DNA of 64,000 nucleotides from Ylistrum balloti. Its lineage: Eukaryota. The stretch is taken from contig NW_026782224.1 of the NCBI RefSeq assembly GCF_031769215.1, forward strand, positions 372,001-436,000, written 5' to 3'. A program made the translations under genes and the position numbers. Under the pieces are notes generated by a model. It was not told the origin of the DNA, searched no databases, and was given only the letters and a program-made list of their open reading frames with translations. Of the stretch, positions 53,501 to 64,000 are shown one piece after another; the stretch's first letter is position 1; each line of letters starts with the position of its first letter.

Positions 53501-56446
53501 TATCCCGGGTATAACAGATCATCTCTTAAAACACTTGCGTACCTGTTTTTTGAGAGGTCCGACTTCTCCTTCTCCAGTCGTTTAACCTTATCTTCTAGGT
53601 CTTTTCTTGAAATTGATAAGACATTTTTTACTGTAGTTTTTTAGTAGCAGGACAATTTATTTTCTGTCCCCAATTTCATGCAAAATCTATAAATATAATT
53701 TCGTAAAACAAGCACAATAATGTCGATTCCATTTGGTTCAAAATCCATTCTTAGTTTAGGTTTGCGAAAGTGAACAACAAAATAGCATCACTTGCTGACC
53801 AATCAGCTATATCACTTCCATGTCTTTGAACATAACTATTTGAGACTTTCTTTCCTACTGAGTTTGCATTCTTTAGTAATTAATGTCACGTTCCCATTTT
53901 AGGATGTGACTTTACGTTTTTTGGATTTGCCAAAATTTACACAACGGATGTCGTCGATGAAGGTCAACACGCTTCACATTCCAGAACGCCTGATTTTAAC
54001 ATCTTTTTTCAGTGGCCAGTTTTGAGATGTTGCTGTCGGCAACAAATGAAGACTACCCCATATCAATCGCTACACCAGTATTAAGGAAATGCTGAGAAAA
54101 GATCACTTATGCAAAAGCAGTTTCTTGTTTCTCACTTTCTGCTCCTAATATCATATGCAGCGCAAAAATTACTTCTAAAGAACCGCTACGCAAAAGCTTT
54201 CCGATACAAAAATCCCTGATTTATAATGATGTAAAAACGACAAAAAATCATTTTAACAGAGCCTTGATTCAAACTCAAATTCGATGAACTATGAACAAAA
54301 GAAAGAAAAGTGTCAAGCATAATCTTTGCGCTGCTTCATTTTACTTTAGCCGTAAGGAAGGTGTCATTTAATTTTGTAGATTTTATCATTCTTCTATTAT
54401 TCTTAATCAAAGTACTTGTCGGGAACTTGTTGATATAACTTATTGTGTAAATATATCCTCTAGTAAAGATGATGATAAAGCATTAACATACCTGTTCTTC
54501 GTGAGTTCTGTATTTTCTCTCTGCAATTGCTCTACCTGTCCATGCACACTTCTGTGGAAATATCAAATCGATTTTACATTTGATTTGGACAGTGTGACTA
54601 TCAAAATTAGCCATTCACTGGCGTTTTCCCTTTAAATGGCTGTACAAAAAACACACAAGTTATATATCCTCGGTATGATAACAAATTATATATCTCAAAC
54701 ATGTTCACATATACCCACGAAATGTCAACAAATTATATATTCCAAACATGCTCACGAATACCCACGAAATGTCAACAAATCATATATCCCAAACATGCTC
54801 ACAAATACCCATGAAATGTCAACAAATTATATATCCCCAACATGCTCACAAATACCCACGAAATGTCAACAAATTATATATCTCAAACATGCTCACAAAT
54901 ACCCACGAAATGTCAACAAATTATATATCCCCAGCATGCTCACAAATACCCACGAAATGTCAACAAATTATATATCCCCAACATGCTCACAAATACCCAC
55001 GAAATGTCAACAAATTATATATCCCCAGCATGCTCACAAATACCCACGAAATGTCAACAAATTATATATCCCCAACATGCTCACAAATACCCACGAAATG
55101 TCAACAAATTATATATCCCCAACATGCTCACAAATACCCACGAAATGTCAACAAATTATATATCCCCAGCATGCTCACAAATACCCACGAAATGTCAAAC
55201 AAGTTACTAATGTTAATGCATATATCCCGGGTATAACAGATCATCTCTTAAAACACTTGCGTACCTGTTTTTTGAGAGGTCCGACTTCTCCTTCTCCAGT
55301 CGTTTAACCTTATCTTCTAGGTCTTTTCTTGAAATTGATAAGACATTTTTTACTGTAGTTTTTTAGTAGCAGGACAATTTATTTTCTGTCCCCAATTTCA
55401 TGCAAAATCTATAAATATAATTTCGTAAAACAAGCACAATAATGTCGATTCCATTTGGTTCAAAATCCATTCTTAGTTTAGGTTTGCGAAAGTGAACAAC
55501 AAAATAGCATCACTTGCTGACCAATCAGCTATATCACTTGTCTTTGAACATAACTATTTGAGACTTTCTTTCCTACTGAGTTTGCATTCTTTAGTAATTA
55601 ATGTCACGTTCCCATTTTAGGATGTGACTTCACGTTTTTTGGATTTGCCAAAATTTACACAACGGATGTCGTCGATGAAGGTCAACACGCTTAACATTCC
55701 AGAACGCCTGATTTTAACATCTTTTTTCAGTGGCCAGTTTTGAGATGTTGACGTCCGCAACAAATGAAGACTACCCCATATCAATCGCTACACCAGTATT
55801 AAGGAAATGCTGAGAAAAGATCACTTATGCAAAAGCAGTTTCTTGTTTCTCACTTTCTGCTCCTAATATCATATGCAGCGCAAAAATTACTTCTAAAGAA
55901 CCGCTACGCAAAAGCTTTCCGATACAAAAATCCCTGATTTATAATGATGTAAAAACGACAAAAAATCATTTTAACAGAGCCTTGATTCAAACTCAAATTC
56001 GATCAACTATGAACAAAAGAAAGAAAAGTGTCCTAAACAAGTACAAGGAAAATAAGACCAGGTGTTCTGAAAGGATAAGCATCTCCTGCTTCATAGACGA
56101 CACCTGTTATTTAAATCCTGGCCAATCGATGCTACTTTTTCAAACGAGAATAGTTACGGAACTAGAATGGATATTGACGAGCATCAACTACGTTCATTAT
56201 TTTTTATCGCAAAAGGACAACAACAGAGGTAGGTTTATATCAAATAAATCAAATAAATGTATCAACCTAAGATAAACTGCTATGTTTCCGCACAGGGTTC
56301 CTGTACCGCTCTGCATTGAGATAAAGAAAAGATAGTACTTTTTTAAAAGTCAAGAAAATAGATTGTACATATACCTCATTTCCTCTGTCTGAGTTAGCTG
56401 AACCTTACATGTTTGTAGATTTTTTCTCAGTACATCATCGTCTTTG
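41004..56446 (-). CDS. MIEAP/SPATA18 C-terminal-domain coiled-coil protein, paralogue B (5' partial)
   Basis: Exons 56446-56375, 55327-55265, 54551-54492, 53605-53543, 52923-52864, 51981-51919, 51299-51240, 49753-49694, 48725-48663, 46531-46469, 45249-45202, 44455-44360, 43874-43676, 42996-42901, 41648-41568, 41270-41004 join in frame. Motifs NNPAIADLSDPNRPLSLGEKFSELYDNEWTDAME and RYKAYTRKGKQLDYIVWPALHLHEGGPLISKGVAQ. The last four exons have the same phases as in paralogue A. Confidence 0.8.
41978..42158. repeat. 23-bp minisatellite, ~8 copies, intronic in gene B
   Basis: Unit ggctgatacaacacgggaaataa. Confidence 0.9.
42380..42620 (-). mobile_element. Solo 3'-end fragment of the Penelope-like family
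   Basis: ctcaaattcaatacaactaggg...taagaccaagtgttccgg...ctcaatgagatcac, shared with the other copies. Confidence 0.5.
45960..46140 (-). mobile_element. Solo 3'-end fragment of the Penelope-like family
   Basis: aaggagaataagaccaggtgttacggaaaggtaagcg...ctcaatgagatcac...aacctgcatc, as at 27510-27750. Confidence 0.55.
46380..49500. repeat. Older diverged tandem duplication of a ~1-kb intron plus 63-nt exon unit
   Basis: 46400-46540 resembles 48590-48735 (exon and flanks). 47930-48395 resembles 48978-49496. The Penelope-like copy sits in one unit only. Confidence 0.75.
46620..47720 (-). mobile_element. Penelope-like element RT remnant (same family as 27500-28520)
   Basis: QQTIGIYMGTTCIPLLAD*FLFPYETEFIEELIKTG and IYPPELEIKDTTDSSKSAAYLDL. 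Collinear with the 27.5-28.5 kb copy; contains an inserted (TG)n tract. Confidence 0.85.
51062..56031. repeat. Tandem triplication of a 1.62-1.72-kb unit (51062-52685, 52686-54313, 54314-56031), each with two coding exons and a 47-bp minisatellite
   Basis: Direct alignment gives unit lengths of 1624, 1628 and 1718 bp. Unit 2 has a 4-bp insertion near 53817; unit 3 has two extra 47-bp monomers and several SNPs. Confidence 0.95.
51432..51851. repeat. 47-bp minisatellite, ~9 copies (also 53056-53475, ~9 copies, and 54682-55197, ~11 copies)
   Basis: Unit acatgctcacaaatacccacgaaatgtcaacaaattatatatcccca. Confidence 0.95.
55985..56190 (-). mobile_element. Solo 3'-end fragment of the Penelope-like family spanning the triplication breakpoint
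   Basis: caaactcaaattc...gtacaaggaaaataagaccaggtgttc...ctgcttcatagacgacacc...ttgacgagcatcaa. Its first ~45 bp are repeated at the end of each triplicated unit. Confidence 0.6.
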
Positions 56447-56876
56447 CTACAAAGGAACAATATTACAAATTATGTTTTATAACAATAGTGTATATCATAG
56501 TGTGTACAAAAAAGTTATCTTTTATAGAAAAGACTTTTTTCTTCCCATAAGTCTCAAATTGATACTATTTACACTGTACTTACGACAAGTTCCAATCTAC
56601 ACATTCCGACTGACTCTACTTACGACACATTTGAATGACATGTTTGTTTTGAAACCGATTAGAACATTTTAAAAATCAGTTTTGAAAGGCATGTGTATAG
56701 AAAGAAAAATGGATTTCCGTGTTTTAAATATGTATATATTTAACAAGCTTATCAATACCTATGTATGTGCAAAAATGATTGGAAGAAAAAATGCTTGAAA
56801 GAAAAGATATATGATGCTTCCATTACAAGTGAAATCCAAGTATAGTAATGGTATCATAGTAAAACTTTGTACAAAC

Positions 56877-59800
56877 CTTTGTTGTATCTCTGCGCTGAAA
56901 TGTCAATAATTGTCGTTATAAGTATACAGGAATATATAGCACTGAAACGCATACTGTTGGATTATTTAGCTTTCCTCACACTATCACTTCTATATACTAG
57001 GTAAATTACTCTGTTAATAGATGTTTTGCAAAAGTACATGTTAAATCATTGCCCATTTACAAAAACTAAAAAACAAAAAAAAAAAAAAAAAAAGAAGAAA
57101 TGGGCAGATCTAGTATTCCTACTCAACACCTAACAAATAATACCTTCTAAATATGATTCTGATCGAGTAAAGCAGAGGCAGACTATAGACATTTGACAGA
57201 GGCAGACTATAGACATTTGACAGAGGCAGACTATAGACATTTGACAGAGGCAGACTATAGACATTTGACAGAGGCAGACTATAGACATTTGACAGAGGCA
57301 GACTATAGACCATTTGACAGAGGCAGACTATAGACATTTGACAGAGGCAGACTATAGACCATTTGACAGAGGCAGACTATAGACCATTTGACAGAGGCAG
57401 ACTATAGACCATTTGACAGGGGCAGACTATAGACATTTGACAGAGGCAGACTATAGACCAGTTGGCAGAGGCAGACTATAGACCATTTGACAGAGGCAGA
57501 CTATAGACCATTTGGCAGAGGCAGACTATAGAGCATTTGACAGGGGCAGACTATAGACATTTGACAGAGGCAGACTATAGACCAGTTGGCAGAGGCAGAC
57601 TATAGACCAGTTGGCAGAGGCAGACTATAGACATTTGACAGAGGCAGACTATAGACATTTGACAGAGGCAGACTATAGACCAGTTGGCAGAGGCAGACTA
57701 TAGACCATTTGACAGAGGCAGACTATAGACCATTTGGCAGAGGCAGACTATAGAGCATTTGACAGGGCAGACTATAGACATTTGACAGAGGCAGACTATA
57801 GACCAGTTGGCAGAGGCAGACTATAGACATTTGACAGAGGCAGACTATAGACATTTGACAGAGGCAGACTATAGACATTTGGAACCAAGTGTTACCTTCT
57901 GTATTCAGGGTTTATTCTATCTCTACATGGTATTCCAATATAAATCCGATCTGAACATAAACTATGTTTTTTGGTCAATTTGCTTGTCATTTCACATGAT
58001 CGCCCTATAGACAGACTAAGGATCGTCCGAGTTTTTGTACTGAGTTCTAAATGCTGTTCGAGAATCCGAAGCTGATGAGGACCGGTCCTAAATGGTTTAA
58101 CTTCCGGGATGGCTAATCATATGTTTTTAGGAAAAGCGACAACACAACCTGCAATTATTCTTCGCGTTTAAAAGGTATAAAATGTTATATATTTTTAAGG
58201 ATTGAAAGGCATATGTGTTTGTCCTATACATGTTGCGCTGAATATTTTTTAATAAAAGATCGACTAACATTGTGCCTGCTTTTAAATTTCCACATAATAC
58301 CGTTGGCACATTCGTCATCATTCACGTGGAAGCATCAAAGCGTTTTTGCCAAAACGCCTGTAGTGACATTTTGATACATTCAAACAAAAATGGTTTCGGG
58401 TGTATATGGTATCAGTATCTCAATAAAATATATCTGTTAAAATACGTACTTTTGTGACCCAGTTGTATTTTTCAATTTTGGTGGTGGTAGTTCTGCATTT
58501 GATTCAAATCTGAAAATATCATTTATGGCTTGAAAAAGCAAACGGGTTCGTGATATGTTTGATATTTCTACGACACAAAAACAAAGCAAACAAACGGATC
58601 ACTCATTTGATTGATAAAAAGTGGTATCGATTTCTTATTGAAATAAATTTATGCGCGTTTGAATATATTTTAAATTAAAACCAGTATATATCGCTAACTA
58701 AAATGGAGACACAATATCGCCAGTCTTTGGTAGACAATATGTCCGCTTTCAAATGATTACATTTATCATAACTGAATAAAGGAGATGTTAACGTTAGGAA
58801 ATACAATTTCGTGACGTTCAATATTTCAAAGTCAACTAATCGGTCAGTTCAACGTTTGTACGCAGACTTCGAGAGATAACATAACGACGGATCGTCCTAA
58901 GGTAAATTTGTCATGTCAGGGTTCGTCACTGGACTCAACAAGGGTCGTCATTAATTAACGCTGACCTGTCACTGGTCATCAATTATTAACTATTACACCA
59001 TCCTGTCACAGGTCGTCACGTGACACGGATCATCACGGGCATACATCTTCCTGTCACATGTCGTCACGAGCTTACGGAACCCTGATATAGATCACCAAGG
59101 CCTTACACCATCCTGTCACATGTCGTCAGGAGCTTTCGGAACCCTGATATAGATCATCACGGGCTTACATCATCCTGTCACATGTCGTCAGGAGCTTACG
59201 GAACCCTGACATGGATCATCACGGGCTAACATCACCCTGTCACATGTCGCCACGAGCTTACGGGACCCTGACAAAGAACATCACGGGGTTACGCCTTCCT
59301 ATTACAAGTCGTCACGAGCTTAAGCGACCCTGACAAGGACCACCATCGCCTTACACCATCCTGTATATGATATGTATAATAAATTATAAAATCATATATA
59401 TAATTTGCCTATATGAAAATCTGGACAGGTGTAACAAGCATGTAATAAAATGGCGTTTCTATCACAACAATACAATTAATGTACATACGCTTTCTCTATT
59501 TGGTCAACATCCTCTTCATAGCGTGATAATCTCACTAACAACTTCTGTATGAAAACAATAGCCCTAAAGCAAAGAATCACAACAAAAATATACAAAAAGT
59601 GAACCAACTTCATTTTTATGTCTATCATATTTTTGTAAGATTTCTTATTATTTTCTAAACTGCAAATTCCTAAAGTTGATTCGACATATATGGAATTGAA
59701 ATAATGTCTGATTATTATAATTAGATAATTATATTATATATATATATTATATTATTATAATATCTGATATCTACCTTCGATTGTTGTCATTTGATAAGCC

Positions 59801-60057
59801 AAGTAGGAACTCATTCGGTGTCGCTCGCCCACTGTGGAGAAGTTAAAAATGTGTTCTATTAGACGTTTTCTGTGATACATGATTATCCTCTCAGTCAATC
59901 TGTCGTGTTTATGGCATTACGTCTGGGGTAATTTCCACTTCCACATAAATTCATGATAGGTAAAAAGACAATGCAGAAGTAAGGCGTATCCTTACATCCT
60001 TAAATGATATTTCTGTAAATGTGACCTTGTCTTCAGAGGTGTTAGATAGTAAGATAC
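56877..60057 (-). CDS. Candidate upstream exons of paralogue B (unresolved)
   Basis: An 18-nt phase-2/2 microexon at 56894-56877 (AEIQQS) and a phase-0/2 exon at 59544-59489 (KLLVRLSRYEEDVDQIEKA) fit the frame. Exon-like segments 59831-59775 and 60057-59996 have good splice signals, but they cannot all be joined in one frame. Confidence 0.4.
57173..57880. repeat. 24-25-bp minisatellite, ~29 copies
   Basis: Unit gactatagac(c)atttgacagaggca. Confidence 0.95.
58998..59365. repeat. Degenerate ~62-bp tandem repeat, ~6 copies
   Basis: Repeated catcctgtcacatgtcgtcacgagcttacggaaccctga....atcatcacgggcttaca. Confidence 0.8.
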
Positions 60058-61639
60058 CTTAGGAAAATAGAACAATGACGCAGATAATGTCAAGTCTATA
60101 GTTTGTAAATATATCATATAAAGTTTGAGTAAAAATAAGTTTGCTGCGATCAAGTAGTTTGTTTTTCGTTTATTGACAAGACAGATACAATAAATCATTT
60201 TCACTAAGGCTAAACTCTTTCTTTCCATTACAAAGACTGAGAAATGTGTGATTCTATAATAACGGCTGCAGAAACGCGCCTGAACGATTTATTAACTGTT
60301 AAACTAGCCAGGAGCGTCGACAATTTTCCACTACAGCATCAACAATATTGGACTTTATGATCTCCTGAAAACCTTGTTTGAATGCAACTATTCTCATTGC
60401 TCCGAAACATATAGCATTAACTCAGCAATAAATATGATAATGGTAAACAGGTTTGAACTGCAGTCAGGAAATATTTATGCTTGATAGAGAAATCTGTTAT
60501 CAGAATGACGTAATATACAGACCTTTAACATAGTCTATAAATGACTATTTAGACCAGTTATATTTGATAGAAAAAACTGCCATCAGAATGACGTAATATA
60601 CAGAGCCTTTATAATCACCCTCCCCTTCCTATAACAATAATACACGTTGACCAGGCTACGCTCTTCACATTATCCAATAGCTTACATAACAGATACGTCC
60701 ATTATTGTGTTAGCATCGGTCAGTTGGTAAGCTTAGTGTTATATCGTTATTAGACAGTTTTAGTTCTGTTGGGATGATGTGGAACACTATGAAAGCAGTT
60801 CCTATACCTATAATATACAGGTTAGTTGTCAGGTTAGCTAGGCAATGTAGACCTGTGTACATGTGGAACGTTTCCTTACCAACGATTGGCTTTCTTTACG
60901 TGGGCTTATACAACACACAGGTAGGGAATACATCCACGTAGATTTTTTTCTTGTTTCACTCATGTCGTTCAGTCATATAACATTAATATACATCAGAAAA
61001 TACTGCTGTTGATACAGATGATGTATCATAATGTAAGAATGAGAGACAGAACACTTTCTGTCACAACCAAATATCAATATTCAACTTAACATATCATCAG
61101 ACAGCTATGAGATGTGAGAAACAATACAAGCTGTGAAAAAGAGGGACGATAGCAGAAATTAACAATGATCACACATGATGTCGATTTGAAGAGAGAAATG
61201 TATGTAAGGAGTCTACAAACATTGAAAATAAAACTAAGTAGGCAATAAAACTGTAGAGCCTTAACCTTAATACATGTGATTATCAATACTGAAAGGATAA
61301 AGATAAAATTGTTTGTACTGAATAGACATAGTTATAATTATATAATCATAGCCGAATATTACGGCACCTTATATCAAAATAAATGCTAAAAGTCATCCAT
61401 GACACAGGTGTTATCCAAATCCGATGCGCCTAGATTACCAATATACCGTAACTGTGCAAATGCATGCGTTCTTTTCCATTCAAACTAGTGATGATTCAGA
61501 CCATCATCATGACCCCTGATTGCCATACAATCAATAATTCACAAATTTGCCATGGCTATCCCAACTTGATAGAGGGCGGGGTCTCACAATGCCAAAGCGT
61601 TTATTTAACTTCAACATCTAGACTTTTCCCTTGAAGGCG

Positions 61640-62245
61640 TTGGAGGTCCATGCTCTTCATCGACGTGTGTGCCATCGTCGAGAGGATCGTCTTGCAGACG
61701 CTTGTGTTTTTGGCGCATGACAAATTCGGGGGCGGCTACGTTATGGTTTGGGAGGAAGTTCCCATTGTTTAAAGATACCTCTAATGGTAATTATCCGGAA
61801 ATTTACGACTGTCTGCTATCGAAATGAGATTCTGAGGCCTCATGTTATGCCTTTCATTATAAGGCATCATCTGACCTTTCAGCAAGATAACGCTAGGCCC
61901 CACGTTGCTAGACTTTGTAGGGACTTTCTTGGAACCCAGAATATCGTCCTTATTGATTTGCCTCCATAATAGCCCCGACTTGTCACTAAACCCCTTATGA
62001 ACTCCATGCCATGCAGAATTAAAGACGCTATAGCTGTTCAGATTAAGAATCGGTCTGACAACTGTCGTTATTTCAACTTTGTTTACCTTAGAGTACCCTA
62101 ATTCAGGACGAACTAATGAAGTCCTCATTGGTTTAAAATCTCAGAAAAATTTAAGACAAATGGTCCTGTATTGAGCCATTTTGTTCATGAATAGAATCTT
62201 ATTAAACTTTATGAGTGGAGTTTCTTTTCTTTTCATCTTGGTGTA
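61640..62245 (+). mobile_element. 5'-truncated degenerate Tc1 transposase remnant
   Basis: DKFGGGYVMVW, YRNEILRPHVMPFIIRHHLTFQQDNARPHVARLCRDFLGTQNIVLIDLPP-SPDLS with frameshifts. A TIR-like end (...TTTCATCTTGGTG|TA) lies at ~62245; no left TIR was found. Confidence 0.8.
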
Positions 62246-62591
62246 TTAATCTCTGTTATCATCATATCACTGGACATTTTGATAAATGGCCTAGAGATTG
62301 GTTTCCCAAAACTTCAAACCCTCTGGTAAAGCGTAATTAAAATCTGCAGAAATGACTTGAAATTGGAAAAACTCAGTTCTATAGTCGCCAAAATAATTAT
62401 TCTTTCATGTATCGCTCTGTGCTAATTCACAAGACTATCGGTCTTAATTAATCTCTAGGTAACATTTTAAACACAATTCGCAAAATCTCGTCTTCATAAT
62501 TCGAAATTTCTATTGCTTTACAGGTTTTTTTTTTTTAAATCATCGATATTGGCAATGATTAATGTTATGTATATATTTTCCATAGAGTAAT

Positions 62592-62746
62592 AAAATCTGC
62601 TGCCTTTAACTGAGCAAGATCAGGGTATCTCAGTCGAGGGCAGGAACATAAACCCAATCGAGGCGTCAGCCCATGTAAGGATGTTACAGGATCTTAGTCC
62701 GATACTGAGATGCCCCGATCTCGCTCAGTTACAGGTAATAGATTTT
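62592..62746. repeat. 43-bp imperfect inverted repeat with 69-bp spacer (MITE/foldback-like)
   Basis: 62592-62634 matches the reverse complement of 62704-62746 at 36 of 43 positions. Confidence 0.7.
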
Positions 62747-63789
62747 TTCTCGCACCTAGTACTCTAAAAATTACTCAATATTTCATCAGAGTTTGGCGTA
62801 TCCCGTGGGAGCCTCAAACTACCCACACAGCCTCTTCACTTGTAAACAACGTTTGGATAGTTCCGCGTAAACAATGTAGGCCGCACTTACAAAAATACAA
62901 CACATTTTAAAGTGAAGATTTTTCTATTTCATTTTAAATATAACTAATTAAATAAAATATCGTTGATATTTCAACAACGACATAACCTCCATGTTTATTG
63001 TTGAAATACACAGGTGTAGGTGCCACCTACGCCTTCAAGCGGATGAATAAAAAATCCGCGAAAACGCACGTAAGAGAACTAGACAGATCGCTTTTTGCTT
63101 GGGATATCCCTGTCTGAGGTGCGAGAACAAGGATTATCTCATAAACAATTTGTTTTTTTCTGGAATTCTAAAAATGACAATGCTTTAGCACGACTGCTGC
63201 ATCTCTACAGCTCCCGTAAACAAACGAAGGGACAAAGGATTACAATGTTGTATATATTGTACCTGACTTTAAAACATCATGTCCAAACTGTTTTGTGAAC
63301 GATGTCGAAACATCAGTGTACCTATGTTTTTTTTTGTTTTCTTTGTGACAACAACGGCTACATAATTATACCGTAAGCCTGTACGGCAATGTAGACTATC
63401 AAGTATGAAATATATATGTTATGTTAAATACGAGTTTCCAATATCTATTGATTTATATAATATCGATTACAATCTTACCTCGGTGTCGCTTCAGCTCCTT
63501 TACCTTTGGTCCTTTTTGCTGGTGTTTTATTAGTCTTTCGCGACATCGTGCGTATACGCTGATGATAAAAAAAATGTATTGAATCAATTGATTATTTAAT
63601 TTCTCTATTTTGATGTAGTACAAGACGAAACACTGATATATCCTTCTGCGAGCCTCTTTTGTCTTTCTGTCGCCTGGAAATATATTTTCACTCTTCAAAT
63701 GTAATGATATATATAAAATATATTTCATTATTTCATTGATTATATACCTATTCCAGTAAAACGTATCCAAAGAACATTTGTTTGCTATG

Positions 63790-64000
63790 ATCCAGTACCA
63801 GTATTGAACCATATCGTTGATATCACTTACTAGGTTCTATATATAGAAGATCCAGTACCAATATTGAACCATACCGTCGATATTACTTACTAGATTCTAT
63901 ATATAAAAGATCCAGTACCAATATTGGACCATGCCTATATATTGATATTACTTACTAGATTCTATATATAGAAGATCCAGTACCAATATTGGACCATATC
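63790..64000. repeat. ~60-bp tandem repeat running off the window end
   Basis: Repeated gatccagtaccaatattg(a/g)accat...tattacttactagattctatata. Confidence 0.85.

Noticed and set aside
51449-55307. Plus-strand repetitive ORFs of 115-223 aa (MLTNTHEMSTNY...)
   Set aside because: Translations of the 47-bp minisatellite, open in several frames. The real coding exons are on the minus strand.
58073-58100. Second hammerhead-like string CTGATGA-GGACCGGTCC-TAAA
   Set aside because: GAAA is replaced by TAAA, and there is no stem I or stem III.
57896-58116. Open minus-strand frame ending at a good phase-2 donor inside gene B
   Set aside because: It needs a phase-1 acceptor that does not fit the neighbouring exons, so it was left out of the model.
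62875-62890. 14-bp match to the 40-bp satellite monomer
   Set aside because: Too short and isolated to separate from chance.

Overview
AT-rich eukaryotic genomic DNA with GT-AG spliced genes, many minisatellites and three N gaps. A bivalve mollusc is the best guess from gene families and repeat types, but this is inference. Three minus-strand genes can be reconstructed by hand. (1) A 3-exon, ~390-aa type II membrane sulfotransferase of the WSCD type (8520-10778). (2, 3) Two tandem paralogues with a MIEAP/SPATA18-like C-terminal domain: gene A (17770 to at least 35449, ~764 aa, 16 exons) and gene B (41004 to at least 56446, probably ~59544). Upstream of the conserved domain, both genes are built almost entirely from symmetric phase-2 exons. 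In gene B the coiled coil is being lengthened by duplication of 60-63-nt exon cassettes, including a near-identical 1.62-1.72-kb triplication. Other content: two degenerate Tc1 transposons, several Penelope-like RT remnants, a HINE/Helentron-like repeat, and a TIR-bounded element carrying a minimal hammerhead-ribozyme motif and a 73-bp array. Exon models come from manual reading of splice signals and frames; no transcript evidence was available.
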